From contig JBAZQK010000002.1 in NCBI GenBank assembly GCA_041645215.1, forward strand, positions 15,435 to 79,434: 64,000 nucleotides of DNA, given 5' to 3'. Source of the stretch: Patescibacteria group bacterium (GTDB lineage Bacteria; Patescibacteriota; Patescibacteriia; Veblenbacterales; UBA10138). A program made the position numbers and the translations under genes. Under the pieces are notes generated by a model. That model worked only from the letters and a program-made list of their open reading frames with translations, had not been told where the DNA came from and did no database searches. Of the stretch, positions 18,939 to 28,205 are shown one piece after another. The first letter of the stretch is position 1; the number at the start of each line of letters is the position of its first letter.

Positions 18939-19379
18939 ATGGCATCAATCAAGAAATTTGAAGATTTGGTTTGTTGGCAGAGAGCTCGGCAACTGGCCAA
19001 TGAAGTATTTAACTTGACAGATAAAAGTCAATTTAAAGATTTTGACCTTAAACGACAAGTACGGCGAGCCGCAGTATCACCAATGTCCAATATAGCTGAA
19101 GGTTTTGACAGAGCAACCCGTAATGAATTCATAGACGCTTTATACATTGCCAAAGGAGAAGTTGGCGAAGTTAGGAGTCAGACTTACTTAGCTTTTGATA
19201 GAAAATATATCAATCAGTCCGAATTAGAATCTTTATTAAAACTGACTGATGAATGTTCTCGCTTAATTCAAAGCTTTGCCTATAAAGTTAAGGGCGGCTC
19301 TAGGCAAGGCATTCAGTTTAAAACAGTAAAGAAAGCTGATGATTTAGATGAACTGATTAATAGTTATATTGATAAATAA
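18939..19379 (+). CDS. Four-helix-bundle protein (23S rRNA intervening-sequence protein family)
   Basis: Signature LVCWQRARQLANEVFNLT...VRRAAVSPMSNIAEGF. Confidence 0.7.
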   Translation: MASIKKFEDLVCWQRARQLANEVFNLTDKSQFKDFDLKRQVRRAAVSPMSNIAEGFDRATRNEFIDALYIAKGEVGEVRSQTYLAFDRKYINQSELESLLKLTDECSRLIQSFAYKVKGGSRQGIQFKTVKKADDLDELINSYIDK

Positions 19380-19938
19380 AATTATGACGCGTGACGGTGC
19401 CTGGCAATTAGTACAAGAAAAGGTTAAAGGTGCGTTCTTAAGGAACCACCTTTTGGCATCCGAGGCCATAATGCGCGCGTTGGCCCGGCATTTCCAGCAA
19501 GACGAGGAAATTTGGGGACTGGCTGGTTTGGTGCATGATATAGATTGGGAAGTAACGGAAACAGAACCGCAGACGCATGGTTTAATTGGCGCGGGTTGGC
19601 TCTCCAGCGCTGGTTTTCCAGCCGAGGTAGTAGAGGCCGTTAAAGTACACAATCATATGACCGGCCTTGAACCCAAAACACTGTTGGAAAAAACTTTATG
19701 GTGCGCGGAGGAATTAACTGGTTTAATTGTGGCTTGCGCTTATGTTCAGCCGGATAAAAAACTGGCGAGCGTTAAACCGTCGTCAGTCAAGAAAAAATTT
19801 AAAGATAAAGCTTTTGCCGCCGGTGTGAATCGTGAAATTATTTTAAAATGCCAGGAAATGATTGGATTGAGTCTGGATGAATTAATTGACATTGAACTTA
19901 AGGCGATGCAAGAAATTGCTAATGATTTAGGAATGTAA
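19369..19938 (+). CDS. HD-domain (HDIG-type) phosphohydrolase
   Basis: LAGLVHDIDWE with upstream His; ~190 aa. Confidence 0.6.
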   Translation: MINKIMTRDGAWQLVQEKVKGAFLRNHLLASEAIMRALARHFQQDEEIWGLAGLVHDIDWEVTETEPQTHGLIGAGWLSSAGFPAEVVEAVKVHNHMTGLEPKTLLEKTLWCAEELTGLIVACAYVQPDKKLASVKPSSVKKKFKDKAFAAGVNREIILKCQEMIGLSLDELIDIELKAMQEIANDLGM

Positions 19939-19941
19939 TAT

Positions 19942-20355
19942 ATGAAACAGACTAATTTGATAGTGCAAGCCATAATTGAGCACCGGGGTAAGGTACTGGT
20001 TGGCAAAAGATTAAAAACATCTAAACATATGATATTTAGTTCGTGGCAAATTCCCGGTGGGCATCTTGAACCTGACGAAACTTTTGACCAGGCCGTCAAG
20101 CGTGAAATCGGCGAAGAAACCGGTTTGCGTATTAGGTTGATTAAATCATTTCCGTATTTTTTTAATCGCCCGTCGAAAGCAGGCGATCAGGTTTTATTGC
20201 TTTATTATGCCAGGGTAGTCGGTCGGCGGTTATTAAAGAGTAGCCAGGAGTATGGGGAGTTTGCTTGGATTATAAAAAAAGATTTAAAAAATATGGAATT
20301 TACCATTGGTACCAAGCGAGCCTTGACTTATTGGTTTAAATTGCGTAATAGGTAA
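19942..20355 (+). CDS. NUDIX hydrolase
   Basis: Nudix box GGHLEPDETFDQAVKREIGEETGL. Confidence 0.7.
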   Translation: MKQTNLIVQAIIEHRGKVLVGKRLKTSKHMIFSSWQIPGGHLEPDETFDQAVKREIGEETGLRIRLIKSFPYFFNRPSKAGDQVLLLYYARVVGRRLLKSSQEYGEFAWIIKKDLKNMEFTIGTKRALTYWFKLRNR

Positions 20356-20360
20356 ATTAT

Positions 20361-20636
20361 ATGAATATAGAAAAAATACTACCAATAAGAGAAGACGAGA
20401 GAGGAGCACGTTATGATTTGGAAATTATTAAAGTAGTTATACGCAAAAGCGGTACTATCAGCGCTGACCATCAGCACCCTGAAGCGGAAGTACTTTATTT
20501 CATAAGCGGTCAGGTTAAGTTAACAGTAGGCGAGGAAACTCAAATTATTACCGCGCCGGTTAAGGTTACTATACCGCCTAATACTTATCATAAGATTGAA
20601 GCTTTGACTGATTTTATTTTGCTTTACGAAAGATAG
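20361..20636 (+). CDS. Small cupin-like protein
   Basis: 91-aa beta-rich ORF with His pair (HQHPEAEV); weak. Confidence 0.3.
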   Translation: MNIEKILPIREDERGARYDLEIIKVVIRKSGTISADHQHPEAEVLYFISGQVKLTVGEETQIITAPVKVTIPPNTYHKIEALTDFILLYER

Positions 20637-20640
20637 TACT

Positions 20641-21120
20641 ATGTCTTACGAAAAATCTAATAAACTTCATATTGTGGCGGTAACGGCAGTTATTCGCAAT
20701 CGCGAAGGCAGATATTTATTGCTAAAGCGTCATCCCCGGGAGATTACTTTTCCTAACAGGTGGTGTTTTCCCGGCGGTAAAGTTGACGGCAATGATTCAG
20801 TTGAATACACCTTACGCAAAGAAGTTAAGGAGGAGGCTGGACTCAATTTGTTGCCGGGAAAAATATTGTTGCGGGATACGGTTTTTACCAGACCGGACGG
20901 GCAAACAGCCATGGTTTTTACCTATCTTTGTCAGGCCGACGACAAGCAAGAAGTTAAGCTAGATGTTAATGATTTTATTGATTATAAATGGGTGAGACTA
21001 GAAGATTTAAAAGATTTGGAACACGTTGGCGTGGACGAGGAAATAGCGCAGGCGGAAAAAATACTTAATTTAGGAATACCATTTGACCGTCTGATTACCC
21101 CGTCTGGACCGAAGGAATAA
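20641..21120 (+). CDS. NUDIX hydrolase
   Basis: Nudix box GGKVDGNDSVEYTLRKEVKEEAGL. Confidence 0.7.
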   Translation: MSYEKSNKLHIVAVTAVIRNREGRYLLLKRHPREITFPNRWCFPGGKVDGNDSVEYTLRKEVKEEAGLNLLPGKILLRDTVFTRPDGQTAMVFTYLCQADDKQEVKLDVNDFIDYKWVRLEDLKDLEHVGVDEEIAQAEKILNLGIPFDRLITPSGPKE

Positions 21121-21124
21121 ATTT

Positions 21125-21751
21125 ATGGCTAAGTTATTAATTGCCACCAAGAACCCGGCTAAGTTTAAAAACTTTGCCAGACTTTTAGCCGGTTATAATT
21201 TTGACATAGTATCGTTGGCTGATATTGGCGTAGCAGTCGGCGTAGTAGAAACCGGCACGACATTTGAAGAGAACGCCAAACTTAAGGCCAAGGCTTATTT
21301 TGACCTGACCCAATTGCCTACGCTGGTAGATGACAGTGGTCTGGCCATTGACGCGCTCGGCGGCTGGCCGGGTTTATACTCGCGACGGGTCTGGGGACCG
21401 GATAAACCCGAAGCCACGGATGAAGAAGCTCGGGCCGAAGTATTAAAGCGCCTGGCCGATATACCAGATGGTAAACGCCAAGCCCACTTCATAGTGGTGG
21501 CGGCACTGGCTATGCCAGACCGACAAGTATACACAGCCACTTTTAGCGTCGACGGAGTTATTTCACGTGAACCACGCGGGACGCTTTCTCCCGGTTTCCC
21601 TTATCGCACAATTTTTTACCTGCCTCAGTATGGTAAAACAGCAGCTGAGCTGGAAGCTGAAGGTAATCATGATAATTACCTAAACCACCGAAAAAACGCT
21701 ATAATGAAATTTGATAACTATTTAAAGCAGTTAGAAGATCATGCTCAGTAA
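21125..21751 (+). CDS. Non-canonical purine NTP pyrophosphatase (RdgB/Ham1, ITPase)
   Basis: N-terminal LLIATKNPAKFKNF (Ham1 motif) and overall length. Confidence 0.7.
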   Translation: MAKLLIATKNPAKFKNFARLLAGYNFDIVSLADIGVAVGVVETGTTFEENAKLKAKAYFDLTQLPTLVDDSGLAIDALGGWPGLYSRRVWGPDKPEATDEEARAEVLKRLADIPDGKRQAHFIVVAALAMPDRQVYTATFSVDGVISREPRGTLSPGFPYRTIFYLPQYGKTAAELEAEGNHDNYLNHRKNAIMKFDNYLKQLEDHAQ

Positions 21752-22030
21752 TACAACTTGGCTAGCACTCGCCCTAACCACCAGCTATTATAACTTTATG
21801 TCTTATCTAACATCATTTAATCATTTATTCTTGTCTAACCACGCTTCGTGTGTAAGGGTGGTTAAGCCAAGTTGATATACTGGGTATGCCCAGTAACAAA
21901 ACTTCACTATACTCGCAAAGGCACTTGATATTAATCCTCATTTATAAACCTATGATTTTAGTTTCAGCTAATTTAATTTCTCTTTCACTCGGCTCGTATA
22001 AAGTGCCTAGTGAAGTTATTGTTACTGGGT

Positions 22031-23254
22031 ATGCTTGATATTAAATTTATTCACGAAAACCCGGAGTTAGTCAAACAAGGTACAGCCGCCAAAGGCCGGC
22101 CGGCTGACGTGGCGGCGATTTTAAAATTGGATACTGAGCGTCGCGCTTTGCAAACTGAAGTTGATGGTTTGCGCCAGGGCCGGGGTGACAAAGTAGTAGA
22201 TATTGAGGCGGCTCGTGCTAAAAAGCAGCAGTTAAAAGTCAAAGAGGATGGGCTGAACACAATTTCTGAAAAGTTGGAGGCTTTACTGTCAGCTGTTACC
22301 AACCTACCACGGCCGGACGTTAAAGTCGGTAAGGATGAAACCGAGAATGAGGTCGTAGCTACTTGGGGTGAGCCGACTAAGTTTGATTTTAAACCGCTTG
22401 ATTATATGACGCTGGCGGCTAAGCATGATTTGATTGATATGGAGCGCGCCGGTAAAGTGTCAGGCTCCCGCTTTGGCTATTTAAAAAATGATTTGGTTCT
22501 GCTGGAGTTCGCTTTAGTTCAATATGGTTTAAGTAAAGTTTTGCCGCACGGCTTTACGCCGGTTATTCCGCCGGTCTTAATTGGCGAGCCAGCTATGCGC
22601 GGTATGGGTTATTTGGACCATGGCGGCGAAGACGAGACTTATCATTTTAAAGAAGAGAAAATGTATTTGGTCGGCACTTCGGAACAATCAATCGGGCCTA
22701 TGCATATGGATGAGGTCTTGGCCGAAACAGATTTACCCAAGCGTTATATTTCATTTTCCACTTGTTTTCGGCGCGAGGCTGGTTCTTATGGCAAAGATAC
22801 ACGCGGTATTTTGCGGGTGCACCAGTTTGATAAGCTGGAAATGGTAGTTTACGCCCAGCCGGAGGAATCGGACAAAGAGCATGAATTTTTAGTTAGTCTG
22901 GAGCAAGAAATTATGCAGGGTTTAGGCTTGCCCTATCGTTTGGTGCGTTTATGTACGGGCGATTTAGGCGACCCGTCAGCCCGAACTTATGATATTGAAA
23001 CTTGGCTGCCATCGGAAAATAAATACCGGGAGACTCATTCTTGTTCAACCACGACTGACTATCAGAGTCGGCGGCTTAATATTCGTTACAAAAATGCCGC
23101 CGGCAAGCTGGCTTTGGTTCACATGCTTAACGGTACGGTTTTTACTAATCGCGCCAGCATCGCAATCTTGGAAAATTATCAGCAGGCTGACGGGCGCATT
23201 ATGATTCCAATGGTGTTGCGGCCGTATATGGGTGGCCGGGAGTACATTGGTTAA
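22031..23254 (+). CDS. serS: Seryl-tRNA synthetase
   Basis: MLDIKFIHENPELV N-terminal coiled-coil arm; class II core (FRREAGS, GRIMIP); start moved to the internal ATG. Confidence 0.85.
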   Translation: MLDIKFIHENPELVKQGTAAKGRPADVAAILKLDTERRALQTEVDGLRQGRGDKVVDIEAARAKKQQLKVKEDGLNTISEKLEALLSAVTNLPRPDVKVGKDETENEVVATWGEPTKFDFKPLDYMTLAAKHDLIDMERAGKVSGSRFGYLKNDLVLLEFALVQYGLSKVLPHGFTPVIPPVLIGEPAMRGMGYLDHGGEDETYHFKEEKMYLVGTSEQSIGPMHMDEVLAETDLPKRYISFSTCFRREAGSYGKDTRGILRVHQFDKLEMVVYAQPEESDKEHEFLVSLEQEIMQGLGLPYRLVRLCTGDLGDPSARTYDIETWLPSENKYRETHSCSTTTDYQSRRLNIRYKNAAGKLALVHMLNGTVFTNRASIAILENYQQADGRIMIPMVLRPYMGGREYIG

Positions 23255-23258
23255 TATT

Positions 23259-24419
23259 ATGCCACAAAATATTTCACACCATTCTTGGGTGGAGGTTAGT
23301 GGCAGCGCTTTAATTCACAATTTAAAGCAGTATCGCCGCGCCTTAAAGCCGGGCGTGAGTTTACTGGTGGTGGTAAAAAGTAATGCTTATGGCCATGGTT
23401 TAACGCTGGCCAGTCAAGTGGCAGCCCAGTCCGGTTTAGTGGATTGGCTGGGAACAGCTTCACTCAGCGAAGCCTTAACCTTGCGCTCAGTTGGTTTTAA
23501 ATTGCCTATCTTAGTTTTGAGTTATTACCATCCTTTGCAAGTTGATGAACTTATTCGCGGTATTAAAACCAATATCTCTTTTGTGGTTTATGAAACTCAA
23601 GCTATTAAACAGTTGGCGGTGGCGGCCAGGAAAGCCCGGCAACGCGCCAAAGTGCACTTAAAAATTAATACGGGTATGGCGCGGCTCGGGATAGATTATC
23701 GGGAGGCCAGTCAATATCTTCGTTTGATTAAAGGTGATAAAAATTTATTACTGGAAGGTGTAGCTTCGCATTTTGCCACCGCTGAATCAAAGTTTACCGG
23801 TTTTTTGCAAACTCAATTGGAAAATTTTGACAAGTTCCTGGTGGAAAACAGTTCATTATTGGGTTCAAAGATTTATAAACACATCGCTTGTTCAGCAGCC
23901 ATTAATACGCAAACCGGTTCGCAATATAATTTAGTCAGGCTAGGTATAGGTTATTACGGTTTGTGGCCGTCGTTTGATAATAAGACCATGGTTAAAAAAA
24001 CGCAGCCATATTTTAAGCTGCAGCCGGCCTTAACTTGGAAAACAAATATTATTGAGTTGCAAAAACTGGCGGCTGGAGTGACCGTTGGTTATGGCCGCTC
24101 TTATTTAACTAAGCGGCCGTTAACCATGGCCGTCTTGCCTATTGGTTATTGGGATGGTTATGACAGAAAATTATCAAATCATGCTCAAGTTTTAGTGCAA
24201 GGGAAGTTGTGTTCTATTATTGGCCGTGTTTGTATGAATATAACTATGGTTGACGTCTCTCATGTAAAAAACGTTAAAGTCGGCGACGAAGTGGTGCTGC
24301 TGGGACGCCAGGGCAGGGGAGTTGTAGCGGCCGAGTATTTAGCTGAAAAATCTGCTACTATTAATTATGAGGTGGTCACGAGAATTAATCCGAACTTGCC
24401 TCGAGCATTAGTTGGTTAA
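23259..24419 (+). CDS. alr: Alanine racemase
   Basis: PLP site VVKSNAYGHG; start chosen just after the serS stop. Confidence 0.85.
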   Translation: MPQNISHHSWVEVSGSALIHNLKQYRRALKPGVSLLVVVKSNAYGHGLTLASQVAAQSGLVDWLGTASLSEALTLRSVGFKLPILVLSYYHPLQVDELIRGIKTNISFVVYETQAIKQLAVAARKARQRAKVHLKINTGMARLGIDYREASQYLRLIKGDKNLLLEGVASHFATAESKFTGFLQTQLENFDKFLVENSSLLGSKIYKHIACSAAINTQTGSQYNLVRLGIGYYGLWPSFDNKTMVKKTQPYFKLQPALTWKTNIIELQKLAAGVTVGYGRSYLTKRPLTMAVLPIGYWDGYDRKLSNHAQVLVQGKLCSIIGRVCMNITMVDVSHVKNVKVGDEVVLLGRQGRGVVAAEYLAEKSATINYEVVTRINPNLPRALVG

Positions 24420-24422
24420 TTT

Positions 24423-25559
24423 ATGAAAAAAGCTAAAAAAATTCGCGTGGGAGTTTTGTTGGGCGGCCGCTCGGCCGAACACGAAGTGTCGATTGTATCA
24501 GCCCGTTCGGTGATGGCCGCACTGGATAAAAAAAAGTACGAAGTCATTCCCATCGGCATATCAAAGGAAGGTCATTGGCTGGTAGGGGAGCGGGTAGTGA
24601 ATTTATTGGAGTCGGGAACTAAAATTCCGCGACAACTGGCGCAAATATTGCCGGCCGACCCCATGGTTAAATCGCTTGTTCCTCTGGTACGCAGTTCAAA
24701 GCGCGAAGCTAAGGGTACCGAGATTGACGTGATTTTTCCGGTTTTACACGGCACTTTTGGCGAAGACGGTACGGTGCAGGGGTTGTTGGAACTCGCTAAT
24801 ATTCCCTATGTTGGCGCCGGGGTTTTGGGTTCAGCCGTAGGCATGGATAAGATAGTCCAAAAAATGATTTTTCAGGCTAACCATTTGCCCACGCCTGATT
24901 TTGTTTATACCACCAGCCATTATTATAAGCGTGCGGCGATTAAGTTTCATAAACAAGTGGGTGCCCGGATAGGCTATCCTTGTTTTGTTAAACCGCCTAA
25001 TTTGGGTTCCTCGGTCGGTATTAGTAAAGCGCATAATCAAACAGAATTAGTAAAAGCTATTAAGCTGGCTCTCCAATACGACCGTCGGGTTATAGTGGAG
25101 CAAGGTATTGAACAGGCTTGGGAAATTGAATGTGCGGTTTTGGGTAATGAAGCTCCTAAGGCCTCAATCGCCGGACGAGTCATAACCTCAAATGAGTTTT
25201 ACGATTATGACGCTAAATACGTAGATGGCAAATCACAGTTAGTGATTCCGGCGCCTTTGCCTAAGGAAGTTATGGCTAAAGTCAGAAACTTGGCAGCGCA
25301 GGCTTTTACGACGCTGGATTTAGCCGGTATGGCGCGAGTTGATTTTTTGGTGCAGCCTAGGAAATGGAAAATTTATTTGAGTGAAGTTAATACTATTCCC
25401 GGATTCACCAGTATCAGTATGTATCCTAAATTATGGTCAGCCAGCGGGTTACCTTATCCTAAACTGCTTGACGAGCTGATTAAATTAGCCTTGGAACGTT
25501 TTAAAATTAAGAGCCGGCTTACTATCAGTTATCAGCCTAAATCCTTATGGTATCGTTAA
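24423..25559 (+). CDS. ddl: D-alanine--D-alanine ligase
   Basis: ATP-grasp Ddl motifs (GGRSAEHEVS, FVKPPNLGSSVGIS). Confidence 0.85.
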   Translation: MKKAKKIRVGVLLGGRSAEHEVSIVSARSVMAALDKKKYEVIPIGISKEGHWLVGERVVNLLESGTKIPRQLAQILPADPMVKSLVPLVRSSKREAKGTEIDVIFPVLHGTFGEDGTVQGLLELANIPYVGAGVLGSAVGMDKIVQKMIFQANHLPTPDFVYTTSHYYKRAAIKFHKQVGARIGYPCFVKPPNLGSSVGISKAHNQTELVKAIKLALQYDRRVIVEQGIEQAWEIECAVLGNEAPKASIAGRVITSNEFYDYDAKYVDGKSQLVIPAPLPKEVMAKVRNLAAQAFTTLDLAGMARVDFLVQPRKWKIYLSEVNTIPGFTSISMYPKLWSASGLPYPKLLDELIKLALERFKIKSRLTISYQPKSLWYR

Positions 25560-26434
25560 AGTTTTTTTCTCGTAAACGACGCCGCGAGCGACGACGTGAC
25601 TACTCAAGCCAGTACCATGGCCAGCCGGTAGTTATGAAGCAATTGACCCGGGCTTATCACCGGGGTGGTCGGCCAGCTCACAGTAAATGGTTGATCAAAT
25701 ATGGTCCGCCGATCGCAATGGCAATAATGATTGCAATTGCTTATTCTCCAATTTTTCGTATTCGTAATGTTATTATAAATAACATTCCTTTTCGACAAAC
25801 GGAGGAGCGTTTGCAGGCGACGATGCAGGATTATTTTACGAGTAGGCGTGGTTTTATTTTTCCGCAGTCTAACTTGCTTTTTTTTAGGGCCGAGTCGGCG
25901 CGTCAGGCGCTAAGCCGTGAGATTTACAGCGATAAGGTAGTATTTGAACGGCACTGGCCTAATGTTTTAAGGATCAATTATAATCCGGAGAATATCATTG
26001 CCCTGTGGCAGACCACCGGTAAACTTTTTGCCGTGGATCAGCGCGGCATTATGGTACAGGAACTGACTGGCGTAAAACTATACAATGTTGATTTGATTGT
26101 AGTTGATGAGGTTAACACGGTGGATCATAAGATCGGCGATCAGGTAGCCGGCCAGCAACTGGTTGATCTATTGGTCAATTTGCCCGGCGCCTGGGGCGGC
26201 AGCGTTGGTAAATTCAAGATTGAACGGGTGGCGGTGGATACTCAATTTTTACCAACTGTTGATATTTATACTGCTGACGGCTGGTATGTAATGGTCTCGG
26301 CCGAGGAGAGTATTGATAAGCAGATGCTAGTTTTAAAAAGATTGATAGATGAAAAAATTAAAAATGACATTAACCGCGTTCAATATATTGATGTCCGTTT
26401 TATTCAAAAGGCCAGTTATTCATTTAAGAATTAA
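25547..26434 (+). CDS. ftsQ: Cell division protein FtsQ/DivIB-like
   Basis: Basic N-terminus, one TM, POTRA-like region; position after ddl. Confidence 0.5.
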   Translation: MVSLKFFSRKRRRERRRDYSSQYHGQPVVMKQLTRAYHRGGRPAHSKWLIKYGPPIAMAIMIAIAYSPIFRIRNVIINNIPFRQTEERLQATMQDYFTSRRGFIFPQSNLLFFRAESARQALSREIYSDKVVFERHWPNVLRINYNPENIIALWQTTGKLFAVDQRGIMVQELTGVKLYNVDLIVVDEVNTVDHKIGDQVAGQQLVDLLVNLPGAWGGSVGKFKIERVAVDTQFLPTVDIYTADGWYVMVSAEESIDKQMLVLKRLIDEKIKNDINRVQYIDVRFIQKASYSFKN

Positions 26435-26562
26435 GCGGCGTTAATAAAACTTGGAAGCCGTAACGGCTTACTCCACCGTAGTCCTTAAAAAAGGTGAAGG
26501 AAGGCCGGAAGCTGTGGGGTATTATGGCGTAGTCCCGCAAAGCGGGACGAAGACGGATAAAT

Positions 26563-26767
26563 CCCGTTACATTTCCACGGGGTATTAGACGGACGCGGAA
26601 ATTGACCCCGTTAGAGATGCGGAACAAAGTGTAATTTGTAGGATGTTAATGTGTGCGGAGCGTATCTTACTATATGTTTCAGTACTGAGTGAATCTCTAA
26701 CGGGGTGAATCTGAATTTGCTGCGGTATCCCCGCGGCCAGACCGCGGGGTTTTTAAAATGTAACGGG
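26563..26767. mobile_element. Nested palindromic element (copy E2): outer TIR CCCGTTAC/GTAACGGG with flanking ATAAA(T/A); inner element 26606-26705 with TIR CCCCGTTAGAGAT/ATCTCTAACGGGG
   Basis: Seen directly; same architecture as 52174-52343. Confidence 0.55.
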
Positions 26768-26984
26768 ATAAAACTATCGTACATTTTGCGACACAAAGGA
26801 TGTTACCGGCAAAGTAGTTTGAGTGTGTAATAAATATTATTGACATAAAAATAATCATAATTGGCCGCAGAATTAAAAAATGAAGCCGGTGAGTTGGTAT
26901 AGTAATTGCATGTACCTGTGATTACTTATTACCGATTTTCCCAATTCAATTTACCAAACAGGATTTTATTATTCTCCAGTTATT

Positions 26985-27186
26985 CCCGCCTGCCTAAGCC
27001 TGTCTTAAGACAAGCGAAGTTAATAAAAAAGAAGATTTAAAACTAAATAATAAATAATCAATTATGCGAGGCATATGGCGGGCAGGCCCGCCTGCCTAAG
27101 CCTGTACAAAGTAAACGATGCTATTAAATAGAAAACTACAACACTAAATAATAATTATCGATTGCAAGAGGCCGATGGCGGGCAGG
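26985..27186 (+). repeat. Two tandem ~100-bp direct repeats, each beginning CCCGCCTGCCTAAGCCTGT and ending ATGGCGGGCAGG (complementary termini)
   Basis: Unit 1 26985-27086, unit 2 27087-27186; termini conserved, AT-rich interior diverged; terminus motif also at 50310-50323 (reverse). Confidence 0.65.
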
Positions 27187-27399
27187 TAAAAAATGGAAAA
27201 ATTATGCAGTTTTATGACGAAGTCATAGCTATCTTCATACCCCTGAAATCAACCTCGGGCCATATACGAGGTTGGTTTTTTGATAATATAAGGCCGCGGG
27301 GCTAATTTAAGTGTAACCCCGACAAATAAAGTGTCTGCTAATTATTACACAAAAAACTGTCCGGTTTTATAAAAAGCCACGACTTTATTGGTTTATAAT

Positions 27400-27565
27400 T
27401 AGGACTTACGGGTTTGAGCCAAGTTCGAGGCAAAACCGAGCATTTGAGCGAGCCGTAGTAAAACTACGGTGAGCGAAAAGCGGAGGTTTTAACAAAGAAA
27501 TTGGCCAAAGCCGCTTGAGGGGTCGGGCTGCGCCCGCCCTGCAAGCGGCAAGCCCGTAAGTCCTA
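27400..27565 (+). mobile_element. Structured MITE copy A (TAGGACTTACG TIR family), 166 bp, 5-bp TSD ATAAT (27395-27399 and 27566-27570)
   Basis: 13-bp perfect TIR TAGGACTTACGGG/CCCGTAAGTCCTA; internal hairpin CCGTAG/CTACGG covaries with CCCGCC/GGCGGG in copies B and C. Confidence 0.8.
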
Positions 27566-27717
27566 ATAATAACAAAAACATCAATTATAATGGGAGTAGC
27601 CGCTATTTAGGGATAATAAGAGTTTAAGCGGTATTTGCCTGATTTTAAAGACTATGTTAAACTGAGTATAATATCCCAAACGCTCAGTTATTTATACTAT
27701 AGACAAATATAGGTCAT

Positions 27718-28203
27718 ATGCCAAACTCCCCTGCAATAAATAGCATGACTGATGAGGCTAAAGCCTGGTTAGCAGGTTTTATTGATGGTGAAGGTTATAT
27801 CGGTTTAACCTTTCAAATAAAAAAAGCAACACCAACCTCGGCCCGCACGCCTCGTTATCACCCTTATTTGATAATAGCTAATACCAATAAAGCGGTTATT
27901 GAATATATTCAGACCATTTTGGGTGTGGGCAGAGTTTATAATTTTTTTCCAAAAAATATAAAATTCAAAGGTGCTTATCAAATTAAGATTAGTCAGAACA
28001 ATGATTTGCAGGCCGTTTTAACAGCCATACTCCCCTATTTGCGGGTTAAGTCTGAACAAGCTCGTATAGTTTTGGATTTTTTAGCCAGACGAAAAGACAT
28101 TAAACCTATTACTAGCCGCGGTCACAGAGGCGCGACTTCATTTGGTGAAGCCGATAAGGCTTTATATCAACGTTTATTGGATTTAAATAAGAAAGGACCA
28201 TAA
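27718..28203 (+). CDS. LAGLIDADG homing endonuclease (single-motif, homodimer type)
   Basis: AWLAGFIDGEGYIGL motif; ~160 aa. Confidence 0.7.
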   Translation: MPNSPAINSMTDEAKAWLAGFIDGEGYIGLTFQIKKATPTSARTPRYHPYLIIANTNKAVIEYIQTILGVGRVYNFFPKNIKFKGAYQIKISQNNDLQAVLTAILPYLRVKSEQARIVLDFLARRKDIKPITSRGHRGATSFGEADKALYQRLLDLNKKGP

Positions 28204-28205
28204 AT

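Noticed and set aside
21752-22030. Possible T-box riboswitch leader upstream of serS (AAGGGTGGTTAAGCC and several hairpins)
   Set aside because: The 14-nt T-box consensus AGGGTGGNACCGCG is matched only at GGGTGG. No terminator/antiterminator pair with a U-tract precedes the start. The duplicated TACTGGGTATGC / TTGATATTAA motifs look like local repeats rather than a T-box.
26985-27186. CRISPR array or integron attC array
   Set aside because: There are only two units, with no short conserved repeat separated by unique spacers and no cas genes. The termini do not match attC R''/R' (RYYYAAC/GTTRRRY) cores and no IntI-specific features could be verified.
27718-28203. Group I intron or intein context for the LAGLIDADG gene
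   Set aside because: No rRNA or other host gene is interrupted. No P7-like GACUA core or intein splice junctions were visible. The gene is free-standing and coupled to a recombinase instead.
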